Positions 30,049-39,839 of a stretch of 64,000 nucleotides of DNA are shown here, one piece after another (position 1 is the first letter of the stretch; the number at the start of each line of letters is the position of its first letter). Below the pieces are notes generated by a model. That model had not been told where the DNA came from. It saw only the letters and a list, made by a program, of their open reading frames with translations, and did not search any database. Made by a program: the position numbers and the translations under genes. Where the stretch lies: positions 4,623-68,622 of the forward strand of contig VFJS01000042.1 in the NCBI GenBank assembly GCA_009885955.1, in the 5' to 3' direction. Origin of the DNA: Spirochaetia bacterium (lineage in GTDB: Bacteria > Spirochaetota > UBA4802 > UBA5550).

Positions 30049-30262
30049 GCCCTCACCCCCGACTCGTCGAGCGCTTTTCGAACATCGAACAGCAGGATGC
30101 GGTGAATGCCGAAACGCGACAGGACGTCGCAAAAAGCTTTGGCCTGTCCGCGCTCGACACTAAAGCATCCTGCTTGTCGGCAGTGCGCTTTTTCGACCTC
30201 CTGTCGGCGCACTGCACTAAAGCATCCTGCTTGTCGCCTCTCCCAGAATGGGGCGAGGGGAG
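30049..30262. repeat. composite palindromic (REP-like) element
   Basis: gccctcacccc...cctctccc..gggcgagggg shell with nested hairpins and a 22-bp internal direct repeat; 16-bp exact match (inverted) to 41593-41608. Confidence 0.75.
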
Positions 30263-30410
30263 TCTTTGGCATGTTAATAAAATTTCATTCATTCACTCAG
30301 AAAATAAAGGATACTATTTCAATCAGAATTAATCAAGCATTTTTTGTTTTAGGAAAAAAAGGAAAAGTAAAATATTTTATGGCCATTTACTGAACTGAAA
30401 GAAATTTGGC

Positions 30411-30438
30411 TTGACACATGAGAATATTTTGATATATT
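30411..30438 (+). promoter_or_regulatory. putative sigma-70 promoter of the island lipoprotein
   Basis: TTGACA-16 bp-TATATT with TG extended -10. Confidence 0.5.
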
Positions 30439-30496
30439 GTTGACGATGTGTGATACTTCCGTATTGCAAAATATAAAATTAATTTGGAGGAATTGA

Positions 30497-30929
30497 ATGA
30501 AAATATTGTATCAATTAATGAAAAAATTCTCTCTCTCTCTCTCTCATAATCATTTTTTCCAGTTTTAATATCATCGGTTGTGCTACAATAACTAGAGGAA
30601 GTGAAGAAGCATTAGCGATAAATTCAAAACCTACAGGTGCAATGGTTCTAATTAAAAATACTGAAGATGGGACTGAAATATTTAAAGGATTAACTCCAAC
30701 CGCTGTAAAACTTAAAAGAAAAGGTAATTATTCAGTAAGAATTGAAAAAGAAGGTTATGAAACATTGTTAATTAATGTAACAAATCAAAAATCAGATACA
30801 GGAGGGGTAGCAACTGCTGGAAAATGTCTTGCTGGAGGCTGTATAGGATTTGGAATTGACCATAGTACAGGTGCAGGATTAAATCTAATACCCAATCCAA
30901 TAAATGCTGAATTAGTTATTACAAAGTGA
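30497..30929 (+). pseudogene. PEGA-like lipoprotein, frameshifted at a (TC)9 tract (possible phase-OFF allele)
   Basis: GGAGG-ATG 30497 frame stops at 30566-30568; lipobox IIG-C and mature CATITRGSEEALAINSKPTGA lie in the +1 frame, which runs to 30929. Confidence 0.8.
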
Positions 30930-30937
30930 CCAACGCA

Positions 30938-31153
30938 TCGGCTAAAGCTGAAGGCTTCTGTTTCGGCTTTAGCCGAATAAATGTCATCCTCAACCTGAAA
31001 ATTGTCATCTACGGGTTCTTTTCCTTGCTCCTCAATATATTATAGGATGATCTCATCAGTTATATTTCATGATGATACTACAAAATATCCCCGAGTCCAC
31101 AGATGACGACCCCAAAATTGATGACTCAGTTCAATGTATTCTGTTAATAATTT
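30938..31153 (-). mobile_element. tnpA: IS200/IS605-family tnpA relic with terminal hairpin
   Basis: Minus strand reads KLLTEYIELSHQFWGRHLWTRGYFVVSS*NITDEIIL*YIEEQ; hairpin tcggctaaagc...gctttagccga at 30938-30976. Confidence 0.85.
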
Positions 31154-31206
31154 GATGGCGTAACAAACGCCTGACCCTATAAAAAAAGAGCATTCTGATA
31201 AATAAC

Positions 31207-31312
31207 ATGCGGCAGCTGACAGCAGCCGGATGAGAAGGTTTTGGCTGCCGCGTTTTCTGATGATTATTAACTTGACATTTCCATTTATTTATGAGAAATT
31301 GATGAAATGGAT
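31207..31312 (+). repeat. hairpin + promoter-like module, copy 1
   Basis: gcggcag..gttttggctgccgc hairpin, then a 42-nt TTGACA block 37/42 identical to 32355-32396. Confidence 0.75.
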
Positions 31313-31325
31313 CTATGGAGGAGTT

Positions 31326-31529
31326 ATGATAATTGAAAATCGAAATAACGAAATAATAATTCGCATTCCGGCGAATATTGACATAAATATATCTCAGGAT
31401 TTTATTGAGTATGTGCATGTAAAGAGTATTCTTTCCGGGAGCAGCGCCTCACAGGAAGATATTGAAAAAATTTCTGATGAAATCAATAAATTATGGTGGG
31501 AAAAAAATAAAACCAGGTTTATTAAATGA
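31326..31529 (+). CDS. putative antitoxin
   Basis: 67 aa, GGAGG RBS, ATGA overlap with the downstream PIN gene. Confidence 0.7.
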   Translation: MIIENRNNEIIIRIPANIDINISQDFIEYVHVKSILSGSSASQEDIEKISDEINKLWWEKNKTRFIK

Positions 31530-31966
31530 GGGTTGTCATTGACACCAATATACTCATAAGCGCTTTAATCAATCCAGCAGGCAAAGAAGCTGATATACTT
31601 TTAAATCCTCTTTACGAATATGAAAAATATAGCTGCTATTTTCTATTTGTTGAAATATTAAAACATAAAGATAAACTTCTTAAGTTTTCGAGTTATAAAG
31701 AAGTGGATTTTCTCGAGCTATATTATTGTATCTTAAGAAAATTGAAATTTATCAACGAAGAGCACATCCCTTTCCGTATCTGGGAGCAAGCTTTATTCAT
31801 TACAAAAGATATAGATGAGAATGATACTCCGTTTGTAGCTCTAACTATTTACTTGGATGGTATTCTCTGGTCGGGTGATAAAAAAATTATGAAATGTCTT
31901 GAAAAAAAGGATTTTAATAAGTATATAACGACAAAAGATTTGATCGTTTTATTGGAAAAAAGGTAA
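31526..31966 (+). CDS. PIN-domain (VapC-like) toxin
   Basis: MRVVIDTNILISAL, DENDTPFVAL, LWSGDK. Confidence 0.9.
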   Translation: MRVVIDTNILISALINPAGKEADILLNPLYEYEKYSCYFLFVEILKHKDKLLKFSSYKEVDFLELYYCILRKLKFINEEHIPFRIWEQALFITKDIDENDTPFVALTIYLDGILWSGDKKIMKCLEKKDFNKYITTKDLIVLLEKR

Positions 31967-31973
31967 ATATTTT

Positions 31974-32201
31974 ATGAAAATACAATATTTTCCTGAAACA
32001 GATTCCCTTGGGATCATGTTTTCCGAGAAGCCTGGCTCCGACTCCTATGAAATAGCGGAAGGAATCACGGTTGATATTGACGATAATAGCAGGCCAGTTG
32101 GTATAGAGTTTGAATCCGCGAAAGGCAGGATCGATCTTTCTGATATCATTCTAAAAGTGCCAACGACACATATCAGTTATGATTCCGTAAAAATAAAATA
32201 A
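31974..32201 (+). CDS. DUF2283-like small protein
   Basis: MKIQY.PETDSLGI...EIAEGITVDID....PVGIE pattern. Confidence 0.75.
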   Translation: MKIQYFPETDSLGIMFSEKPGSDSYEIAEGITVDIDDNSRPVGIEFESAKGRIDLSDIILKVPTTHISYDSVKIK

Positions 32202-32260
32202 ATCCTCCTTTTTTTGCTTAACCATAGGAATATTATTAGTAAGTAATAAGACTCATGTTA

Positions 32261-32396
32261 ACGCGGCAGTCGGGCGAGCAAGTTTTGGCTGCCGCATACT
32301 CTATTCTCCACCGGTTTTCAACATATCAATTCAACATGATGGACCCATTGTTATCTTGACATTTCCATTTATTTTTATGAAATTGATGGTATGGAT
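32261..32396 (+). repeat. hairpin + promoter-like module, copy 2
   Basis: Same hairpin arms and 42-nt block as 31207-31312, with a longer spacer. Confidence 0.75.
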
Positions 32397-32477
32397 GTTG
32401 AAAAATGTATTTACCCGGCCAATAAAAACATGGATAATTCCCTTATAAAAATTTGTTATTGAGCATGGAAGGTCAAA

Positions 32478-32715
<238 letters not shown>

Positions 32716-32814
32716 TTAATATAGATAACCGATTAGAAATTACTCTGATATCAATTGCTCTAAGTAGTTACACCGGTTATATACATCAATTTGATTATTT
32801 TTAAATATGAATGC

Positions 32815-34245
32815 CTACTTTGTCCACTTATTTTCCAGAATATTATTTATTGAATGATGTACCTTTACTGCGGTCACTGTGCATGGCGCTTCAGCGACTA
32901 CCCTGGAGCACACTTTGCCATGGAAACTGAACACTGTCGAATACCCGGGCGCGCCGATAACTATGTGGTCGACATGGTTTGACCTGGCAAAATCTATTAT
33001 TGCCTCTGCCGGGTCCGGGGATTCCAGGACATGAAAGGATATTTTTCCCGGCGGAATGTTGAGGCCCGCGGCCCACTGCTTCAGTTCAATGAGCCTCTGG
33101 AGATGGAGGTTGTGGCCTTCATTGTCTATGCCGGTGTCAATTCCCACCCTGAGTGTTTTCCGCACGGTAATGCAAGTCAGCCTGGCGCCTCTTTCCGAAT
33201 CAAAAACACGCTGGACAGCTTTTATCAGCGCACTTTTCATCTCTTTGACCCCGTGATGGGTGTCAACAGCAGCCATGATGATGGGGACCGTATCGAGATG
33301 GCGCTCAAGGGAGAGGGCCGTCGGCGCGCCAGTCCTAAAGTAGTTCATCCACCTGCCCGCCGAGGTCCAGAAGGTGTTTCTCCCTGTCCTGTCTGCCCGG
33401 GAAGTGAGAGGCACAGTGTCCGGGTTTTTCAGATCAAAGGCAAGCTGAGCCGCGCTGCCGTGCCGTTTCATGGGATCAGCCTCCAGGCACCGGAGAATGA
33501 TCTCCTGGAGCCAGTCAGGGCAATTTTTGTTTATGGCCTTCGGAGGGTCGGGCAGCTGATAAAGCCTCCTTTTAAATCCTGTTATGCTCACCGGGCTTCC
33601 AAAGGGGAGTTCGCCGGTAATGAGCTCATACAGTATAACGCCAAGGGAAAATATGTCGCTCCGGTGATCGTTCCGCATGCCCAGTACCTGTTCCGGTGAA
33701 ATGTACGGTGCAGTCCCCATGGGGAGATGGTATATCTCCGCCATGAGGTCAGGAAGCTGTTCATGCCTGGACAGCCCTAAATCGATGAGCACCGCATCGC
33801 CGTTTTCACGGAAGAGCACATTGTCCGGAGTGAGATCAAAGTGGATGATATGCTGGCGGTGGATCTCGTGAAGGGCGACGGCAATTTTTGAGCCTATGCC
33901 GGCCGTCTCATCAGGGGGCAGAACTCCCTTTCCAAGCCTGTTTTCCAGGGATTCTCCCGGGATATGCTCCATTACAATGTATGGCTGGGCGGTAAAATCA
34001 CCGGAGGATATGAAACGCGGCACATGTATTCCGGTAACTTCAGGGAGTATCATGAGCTCTACTTCAAAGCATATGATTGATGCCGGATTGTCACCTTCGG
34101 TGAGGCGGGGTATCTTCATTACAGCCGGGATCGATACATCATCACGAGTGACGCTCCAAATGGCGGACATACCGCCGAAGTGTACCAGATTACCAATACT
34201 GAATCCGTCAATCAGCGATCCCGGTTTAATCATTTCGTTATGCAT
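32815..34245 (-). CDS. Ser/Thr protein kinase fused to universal stress protein domain
   Basis: VMKIP, HFDLTPDN, DLG, GTAPYISPEQ, DIFSLG; C-terminal USP (IMAAVD, DPAEAII, HIVIGA, APCTVTAV); GGAG before ATG 34245. Confidence 0.9.
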   Translation of the reverse strand: MHNEMIKPGSLIDGFSIGNLVHFGGMSAIWSVTRDDVSIPAVMKIPRLTEGDNPASIICFEVELMILPEVTGIHVPRFISSGDFTAQPYIVMEHIPGESLENRLGKGVLPPDETAGIGSKIAVALHEIHRQHIIHFDLTPDNVLFRENGDAVLIDLGLSRHEQLPDLMAEIYHLPMGTAPYISPEQVLGMRNDHRSDIFSLGVILYELITGELPFGSPVSITGFKRRLYQLPDPPKAINKNCPDWLQEIILRCLEADPMKRHGSAAQLAFDLKNPDTVPLTSRADRTGRNTFWTSAGRWMNYFRTGAPTALSLERHLDTVPIIMAAVDTHHGVKEMKSALIKAVQRVFDSERGARLTCITVRKTLRVGIDTGIDNEGHNLHLQRLIELKQWAAGLNIPPGKISFHVLESPDPAEAIIDFARSNHVDHIVIGAPGYSTVFSFHGKVCSRVVAEAPCTVTAVKVHHSINNILENKWTK

Positions 34246-34632
34246 GAGTATTTGTCTCCAATTATATGAATCAGCAGGGGTTGACTGAAAAGTAAGCCAC
34301 AGTGACACCGCGGCAATTTTTGAGTTTTTTGGACAACCCCATTATATCAATATAAACTTTCCCGGCTTCCCGGTATAATAGTTGCAAAACAATTATTAAA
34401 TAATGTTCTTTTAGCTGATATAAAAACGCGCAGATATGGTTTATTCCGTCAAGTAATTATCAGGTATGCAGTTAAAGATGTCTTGATAAAAAGGGATTAT
34501 TGAAATTATTATTCCTGTCCTGAAAATATGATGTTGACATATAATTCATGAAAACGATAATTTTGGATGGATTCAATATGATGATAAAGATCAATGCTTT
34601 TCATTGAATGTTTGAAATGACAAAAGAAAGGG

Positions 34633-35292
34633 ATGGTTATGAAATCACTATTGCTGAAGGATGACATGGAAAAGCTGTATAACAGGGCAATGGCGCTGGG
34701 CCTGATCACAGTGCTGTATAATCTAATAGAAGGGATTGTTTCAATCTATTTTGCCGTAAGCGATAAAACACTGGCACTCCTGGGGTTCGGTGTCGACAGT
34801 TTCGTTGAAGTGATTTCCGGCGCAGGAATACTTCACATGATAATGAGGATTAAAAGGAACCCCTCAGCATCCAGGGATACATTCGAAAAGCATGCCCTCT
34901 ATGTAACAGGTTTCAGCTTTTACCTTCTCTCAGCCGGCCTTGTTGCCGGGGCTGCGATCAATCTTTATAATGACACAAAGCCCGATGCCACAGTCATGGG
35001 TACGGTCATATCAACCATCTCCATTGCAACGATGTGGCTCCTCTATGTTTACAAGCTAAAGGTCGGGAAGGCCCTTGGTTCTCAGCCGATAATCTCCGAT
35101 GCGCAGTGCACAAAGGCATGCCTCTACCTCTCGGTAGTTCTTCTCATATCGAGCCTCCTTTATGAGATTTTCAAGGTAGGATATTTCGATATCGCCGGCG
35201 CCCTGGGGATCTCCTGGTTCTCCTTCAGGGAAGGCAGAGAGGCCATAATGAAGGGGAAAAACAGCAGTTTTCAGTGCTGTTCCGATGACTGA
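34633..35292 (+). CDS. cation diffusion facilitator-like membrane protein
   Basis: YNLIEG, ALLGFGVDSFVE, several TM helices, C-terminal CC. Confidence 0.8.
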   Translation: MVMKSLLLKDDMEKLYNRAMALGLITVLYNLIEGIVSIYFAVSDKTLALLGFGVDSFVEVISGAGILHMIMRIKRNPSASRDTFEKHALYVTGFSFYLLSAGLVAGAAINLYNDTKPDATVMGTVISTISIATMWLLYVYKLKVGKALGSQPIISDAQCTKACLYLSVVLLISSLLYEIFKVGYFDIAGALGISWFSFREGREAIMKGKNSSFQCCSDD

Positions 35293-35430
35293 TGAAAACC
35301 GGCATTTTTATGGAACCGTGTCAATATTTTTGCTTGAAAAAAAGTAACGAAAAAGTATAGTAACAAAAAGATTCTGCCGTGGCTGACTATATTATTAAGT
35401 TTAAAAAATTAACAACGAAAGGCGGTAACT

Positions 35431-35934
35431 ATGAGTAAGACTGAAGAGAATGTAATGCAGGCATTTGCCGGGGAATCACAGGCAAACAGGAAATATCTTG
35501 CCTTTGCGAAAAGAGCGGAAAAGGATGGATATCCCCAGGTGGCAAAATTATTCAGGGCTGCCGCGTACGCGGAAACGGTCCATGCCCACAGCCATCTCGA
35601 TGTGGTGAATGGTGTGAGCGACACCCTTACTAATCTCAGCAAAGCTGCAGAGGGGGAGTCCCATGAATTTACCTCCATGTACCCTGAATTCATAAAACAG
35701 GCAGAGGCTGACGGAAACAAAAAGGCGAAGAGGAGCTTCGAACTTGCCAATGAAGTCGAAAAGGTGCATGAGAAGCTCTACCAGGGGGCAATAGCCTCGG
35801 TGAAAAACGGGAAGGACCTCGCGGTGAAGGATATCTATGTCTGTGAAATCTGCGGGCATACACACGAGGACCATGCCCCGGACAAGTGCCCGGTCTGCGG
35901 CGCAAAGAAGGAGCTTTTTACAAAGATCGTTTAG
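35431..35934 (+). CDS. rbr: rubrerythrin
   Basis: AFAGESQA, ETVH, EKVH, CEICG...CPVCG. Confidence 0.95.
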   Translation: MSKTEENVMQAFAGESQANRKYLAFAKRAEKDGYPQVAKLFRAAAYAETVHAHSHLDVVNGVSDTLTNLSKAAEGESHEFTSMYPEFIKQAEADGNKKAKRSFELANEVEKVHEKLYQGAIASVKNGKDLAVKDIYVCEICGHTHEDHAPDKCPVCGAKKELFTKIV

Positions 35935-35938
35935 GATA

Positions 35939-36445
35939 CTACTTCTTCCTGAAAAGGATATTTCCCCGGGAATCGATTATTTCCAGTATGGGGTGTGAAG
36001 GGGATCTCCTGTCAATGACAGCAGGATCCCCGGTATCCTTTTTATCAATCTTCACGGATTCATCTTTTATCACGGGCGATTTCTGAACAAGTTCCTTCTC
36101 TATTTTTTTCTCTTTTTCACCTTTTTCTCTATTTCCTCCATTTTCTGATTTTTCAGGCTTTATGGTTTTTTCCTCTTTTTTTGTTTTTTCTAACATGCCG
36201 GCCAAATCAGGGTGTATGTTTTTTTTAATAAATGGCATATCAGGGTGCAGGGGGTTATCTTCATGCGGTTCCCCGGAGAATATTGCATTCTGCCATATCA
36301 TCGAGTCATATATCTGCGGTTTGCGGCATGTTCTGATTAAAAATATGCAAAACAGAAGGAGCAGGACTATAATGAAAATCAGGAGCCCTTTTTTTTTATC
36401 GTTCCTATTATTATTGTTCTTTTTTTGTTTTTTTACAGCCTTCAT
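35939..36445 (-). CDS. hypothetical single-pass membrane protein
   Basis: Basic N-terminus, one TM helix, Lys/Glu-rich tail. Confidence 0.6.
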   Translation of the reverse strand: MKAVKKQKKNNNNRNDKKKGLLIFIIVLLLLFCIFLIRTCRKPQIYDSMIWQNAIFSGEPHEDNPLHPDMPFIKKNIHPDLAGMLEKTKKEEKTIKPEKSENGGNREKGEKEKKIEKELVQKSPVIKDESVKIDKKDTGDPAVIDRRSPSHPILEIIDSRGNILFRKK

Positions 36446-36558
36446 TTGTCTGCTCTTTACCTGATTACGCTAATTTCCTTCTGCTTCCCGAATGAATAAT
36501 TGTATTGTTTGTAATTTAAGCAGTGTTGAAAATAATTTCAATTAATAGTTAAATTATA

Positions 36559-36587
36559 TTGACAATATTTTAATGTATTGCCATGCT
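36559..36587 (+). promoter_or_regulatory. putative sigma-70 promoter of the leu leader
   Basis: TTGACA-17 bp-CATGCT with TG extension. Confidence 0.5.
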
Positions 36588-36644
36588 GCTGTGTATGATA
36601 ATTAATTTATATTTATCATATAATTTTAAATTATAAAACCATGG

Positions 36645-36743
36645 ATGATACATACATTGAAATCTGATAACAACATGATGCCCGGGAAGGCGCTGCTTTT
36701 ATCCCTTCTCCTATCTCTTGATATAAACAGGACCGGTTCGTGA
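36645..36743 (+). CDS. leuL: leucine attenuator leader peptide
   Basis: MIHTLKSDNNMMPGKALLLSLLLSLDINRTGS*, 7 Leu in 9 codons; alternative starts at 36675/36678. Confidence 0.8.
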   Translation: MIHTLKSDNNMMPGKALLLSLLLSLDINRTGS

Positions 36744-36767
36744 TGTCTTTGAAATATTAGTCTGATT

Positions 36768-36808
36768 AAAAAAGGCCGTCACGAAAAAGAGTGACGGCCT
36801 TTTTTTTT
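36768..36808 (+). terminator. attenuator terminator upstream of leuA
   Basis: ggccgtcac / gtgacggcc stem + T9. Confidence 0.88.
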
Positions 36809-36912
36809 ATAAAATAACCCCCCCATACTCAACCACTCAGTGGAGTATAGTAGGGGCGAGGATATTCTGGAATATGTAAAATAAATTTCATTAAAAAAAG
36901 GATGGCAGTACA

Positions 36913-38490
36913 ATGAAAAAAAATGACAGGATAATAATTTTCGACACAACCCTGAGGGACGGAGAGCAGTCTCCCGGATTCAGCATGAATATAGAGGAAA
37001 AGCTTCTCATCGCCGACCAGCTTGAGAGCCTGAATGTGGATGTCATTGAAGCCGGCTTCCCGGTAATATCAGATGGCGACTTTGAGGCTGTCCAGAGGAT
37101 CTCGGAACGGGTGAAGAAGGCCCAGGTGGCAGGGCTTGCCAGGGCCAATGGACCGGACATAGATGCTGCATGGAAGGCGCTGAAGAATGCCAGGAAGCCC
37201 AGGATTCACACATTCATATCCAGCTCGGACATACACATAAAGCACCAGCTTAAAAAAACCAGGGCCGAAGTGCTTAAAATCGCCATTGAATCAGTGAAGA
37301 AGGCGAAATCATATACTGCCAATGTGGAATTTTCGCCCATGGACGCCACAAGGAGCGACATCGGGTTCCTTGCGGAAATGGTACACGCCGTCATCGAGGC
37401 CGGGGCAACCACGATCAACATCCCCGACACCGTGGGGTATACCATCCCATCGGAATTTCATTTTATCATAAAACATCTCTACGAACATGTGCCTGGCATA
37501 CACAATATAATAGTATCGGTCCACTGCCACAATGACCTGGGCCTTGCCGTGGCAAATTCAATTGCAGCAGTGCAGGCAGGGGCACGGCAGATCGAGTGCA
37601 CCATAAACGGCATAGGCGAACGGGCCGGGAACACGGCCATGGAGGAGATCGTAATGGCCATCAAGACCAGGAGCGATATGTTCAGGGTGACTACCGGCAT
37701 CAATACGAAGCAGATCATGTCAGCGAGCAAACTCCTTACCCATATCACCGGCGTATCAGTGCAGCCCAACAAGGCAATCGTGGGCGACAACGCTTTTGCC
37801 CATGAATCCGGGATACACCAGGACGGGATACTCAAAAATTCCATGACCTATGAAATCATGAAGCCCGAGGACGTGGGCATAAGCAAGTCGACCCTGGTGC
37901 TCGGCAAGCATTCCGGCAGGCATGCAGTCGTGGACAGGCTGAAGACCATGGGCTACAAGCTGAAAAAGGATGAAGTGGACCGTTTTTTCAAATACTTCAA
38001 GAACCTTGCAGACAAGAAGAAACAGATTTTCGACGAGGACCTCATCGCCATCGTGGGGGAGTCCATATACAAGGAGGAGCAGAAGAGGAGGTACAAGGTG
38101 GAGAACGTCCAGATATCCACGGGTATGTTCTCGCCTCCCATGAGCATGGTCACCCTGAAAGACCATGATGACGACAACAAAATATCCTTTGAGGTGCAGC
38201 ACGGGAACGGCGGGGTCGATGCCGGGGTCAACGCGGTGAGGAAGATGACCGGAACCAAAGCGGTCATAAAGGCCTTTTCATTGACAGCCATTACCGGCGG
38301 GTCCGACGCCCTCTGCGAGGTTTCGGTTACGGCAGTGGAAAACTTCAAGGGAAGGGAACTGAAGGTATTCGGCAGCGGCGTGAGCATCGACATCTCCATC
38401 GCAGGCATTTTTTCCTTTGTCGACGCACTGAACAAGATCGAGTACTTGAAGAAGATGGGTCATGCGAGGAAGATTTCGGAAAAAGTTTAG
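36913..38490 (+). CDS. leuA: 2-isopropylmalate synthase
   Basis: DTTLRDGEQ, HCHNDLG, GIGERAGN, HESGIHQDG, regulatory C-domain. Confidence 0.96.
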   Translation: MKKNDRIIIFDTTLRDGEQSPGFSMNIEEKLLIADQLESLNVDVIEAGFPVISDGDFEAVQRISERVKKAQVAGLARANGPDIDAAWKALKNARKPRIHTFISSSDIHIKHQLKKTRAEVLKIAIESVKKAKSYTANVEFSPMDATRSDIGFLAEMVHAVIEAGATTINIPDTVGYTIPSEFHFIIKHLYEHVPGIHNIIVSVHCHNDLGLAVANSIAAVQAGARQIECTINGIGERAGNTAMEEIVMAIKTRSDMFRVTTGINTKQIMSASKLLTHITGVSVQPNKAIVGDNAFAHESGIHQDGILKNSMTYEIMKPEDVGISKSTLVLGKHSGRHAVVDRLKTMGYKLKKDEVDRFFKYFKNLADKKKQIFDEDLIAIVGESIYKEEQKRRYKVENVQISTGMFSPPMSMVTLKDHDDDNKISFEVQHGNGGVDAGVNAVRKMTGTKAVIKAFSLTAITGGSDALCEVSVTAVENFKGRELKVFGSGVSIDISIAGIFSFVDALNKIEYLKKMGHARKISEKV

Positions 38491-38512
38491 GAAAAATTGC
38501 TCACGGAAAACG

Positions 38513-38695
38513 ATGCCCTCACCCCCGGCCCACTTCGACAGGCTCAGTGCACCGCCTCTTCCGAAATAGGGAGAGGGGTTGTAGGCAATCAAGAACAAGG
38601 AGCTTAAGCCCATTGTTCTGTATAAGAAACCCTCGCCTGATCCCTGAGCGGAGCCGAAGGGCGGGAGAGGGTGCGCAGAGCGCGGGTGAGGGCAT
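38513..38695. repeat. composite palindromic (REP/MITE-like) element
   Basis: 12-bp perfect terminal inverted repeat atgccctcaccc / gggtgagggcat; internal ttcgacaggctcag / ctgagcggagccgaa arms. Confidence 0.8.
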
Positions 38696-38728
38696 AAAGT
38701 TCATCTGAATAACTTGAAGGTGTTGAAT

Positions 38729-39598
38729 ATGAAAAAAATCGCAGTGGTCCTGTTTCTTGTATTCCTGATTCTGCCCGGATGCCGGGAGAAAATACCCGGT
38801 GCGGAAATAAGCACTATCCAGGACGATGCCGACTGGTCCTTTGTGCTCCTGGGGGATATCCGTACGGGGTATGATGTGTACCGGCAGCATATCAAGGTCA
38901 TCAAACATGTGGCCCCTCCGCCGTCATTTGTAATGATTACCGGTGACCTGGTTTCAAAACCGGGAAAGGAGGATGAGTGGAAGGAGTACAGGGAGATATC
39001 CTCGGCAATCCCGGAGTCCATACCCCTCTATGTCGTTGCCGGGAACCATGATGTGAACAGCCGGGAGACAAATGACATGTACATGGCCTATACGAATATG
39101 CCCGGTAATAAAATGTATTATTCCTTCACCCGCAGGGGGGTCCGCTTTATATGCCTGCACACGGAACTTCCCGGCGAGGCCGGCAGGATCACAGGCGGGC
39201 AGTACCGGTGGCTGGCCGACCCGGTGAGCGGTGAACTGGCAAAGGCCCAGGCCGACACATCCATAGAGTCCATAGTAATTTTCATGCACCGGCCCCTTTA
39301 TCCACAGGGGAGATACAAAGGGAGGAAATCAATAGAAAATGCCGACGGCCTTCATGCACTCTTTGAATCAATGGGGAAGGTAAGGCTTGTCGTGGCGGGC
39401 CACGAGCACCAGTTTTTTTATTTCAAGAAGAACGGAATACACCATATCATATCAGGCGGCGGCGGTGCTCCACTGTATAATGAAAATGGAGGAGATTTTT
39501 ATCACCTGGTGAAGATCGGGATGTATGGTAAAATAAAGGCCATGAAGGCAAGGGTCTACGGGCTGGACGGGAAGGTGATACGGGAGTTTGAGATGTAG
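38729..39598 (+). CDS. calcineurin-like metallophosphoesterase lipoprotein
   Basis: LPGC lipobox; GD, TGD, GNHD, MH.P, GHEH. Confidence 0.9.
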   Translation: MKKIAVVLFLVFLILPGCREKIPGAEISTIQDDADWSFVLLGDIRTGYDVYRQHIKVIKHVAPPPSFVMITGDLVSKPGKEDEWKEYREISSAIPESIPLYVVAGNHDVNSRETNDMYMAYTNMPGNKMYYSFTRRGVRFICLHTELPGEAGRITGGQYRWLADPVSGELAKAQADTSIESIVIFMHRPLYPQGRYKGRKSIENADGLHALFESMGKVRLVVAGHEHQFFYFKKNGIHHIISGGGGAPLYNENGGDFYHLVKIGMYGKIKAMKARVYGLDGKVIREFEM

Positions 39599-39839
39599 GG
39601 CCGTTTCTTTTCTGCCCTTGAGCTGTTATTGACCACGCATAAATCAGTTCGAATGTTTTATTGAGCTTTTGTTGCGCTTCAGGTGTTCGCCGGTACAATT
39701 CCGCACAACAATGAAACAATAATTTTTAAATAATAAATACATTGCCCCTTGATTATTTATCAATTCCTATATAAATTATGAATGAATGTATATTTGATAC
39801 ATGGATGTAACAGTTTATTATTAAAATATGGAGATTAAT

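Noticed and set aside
30158..30236. Mini CRISPR (22-bp repeat, 35-bp spacer)
   Set aside because: Only two repeats, the spacer is itself a palindrome, and there are no cas genes.
30028..30393. N-terminal extension of HIT and overlapping ORFs at 29928-30393
   Set aside because: They are translations of the palindromic element; HIT has its own RBS and ATG at 30027.
34590..34625. ArsR/SmtB-type operator before the CDF gene
   Set aside because: Only a 4-bp inverted repeat in AT-rich DNA; too weak to call.
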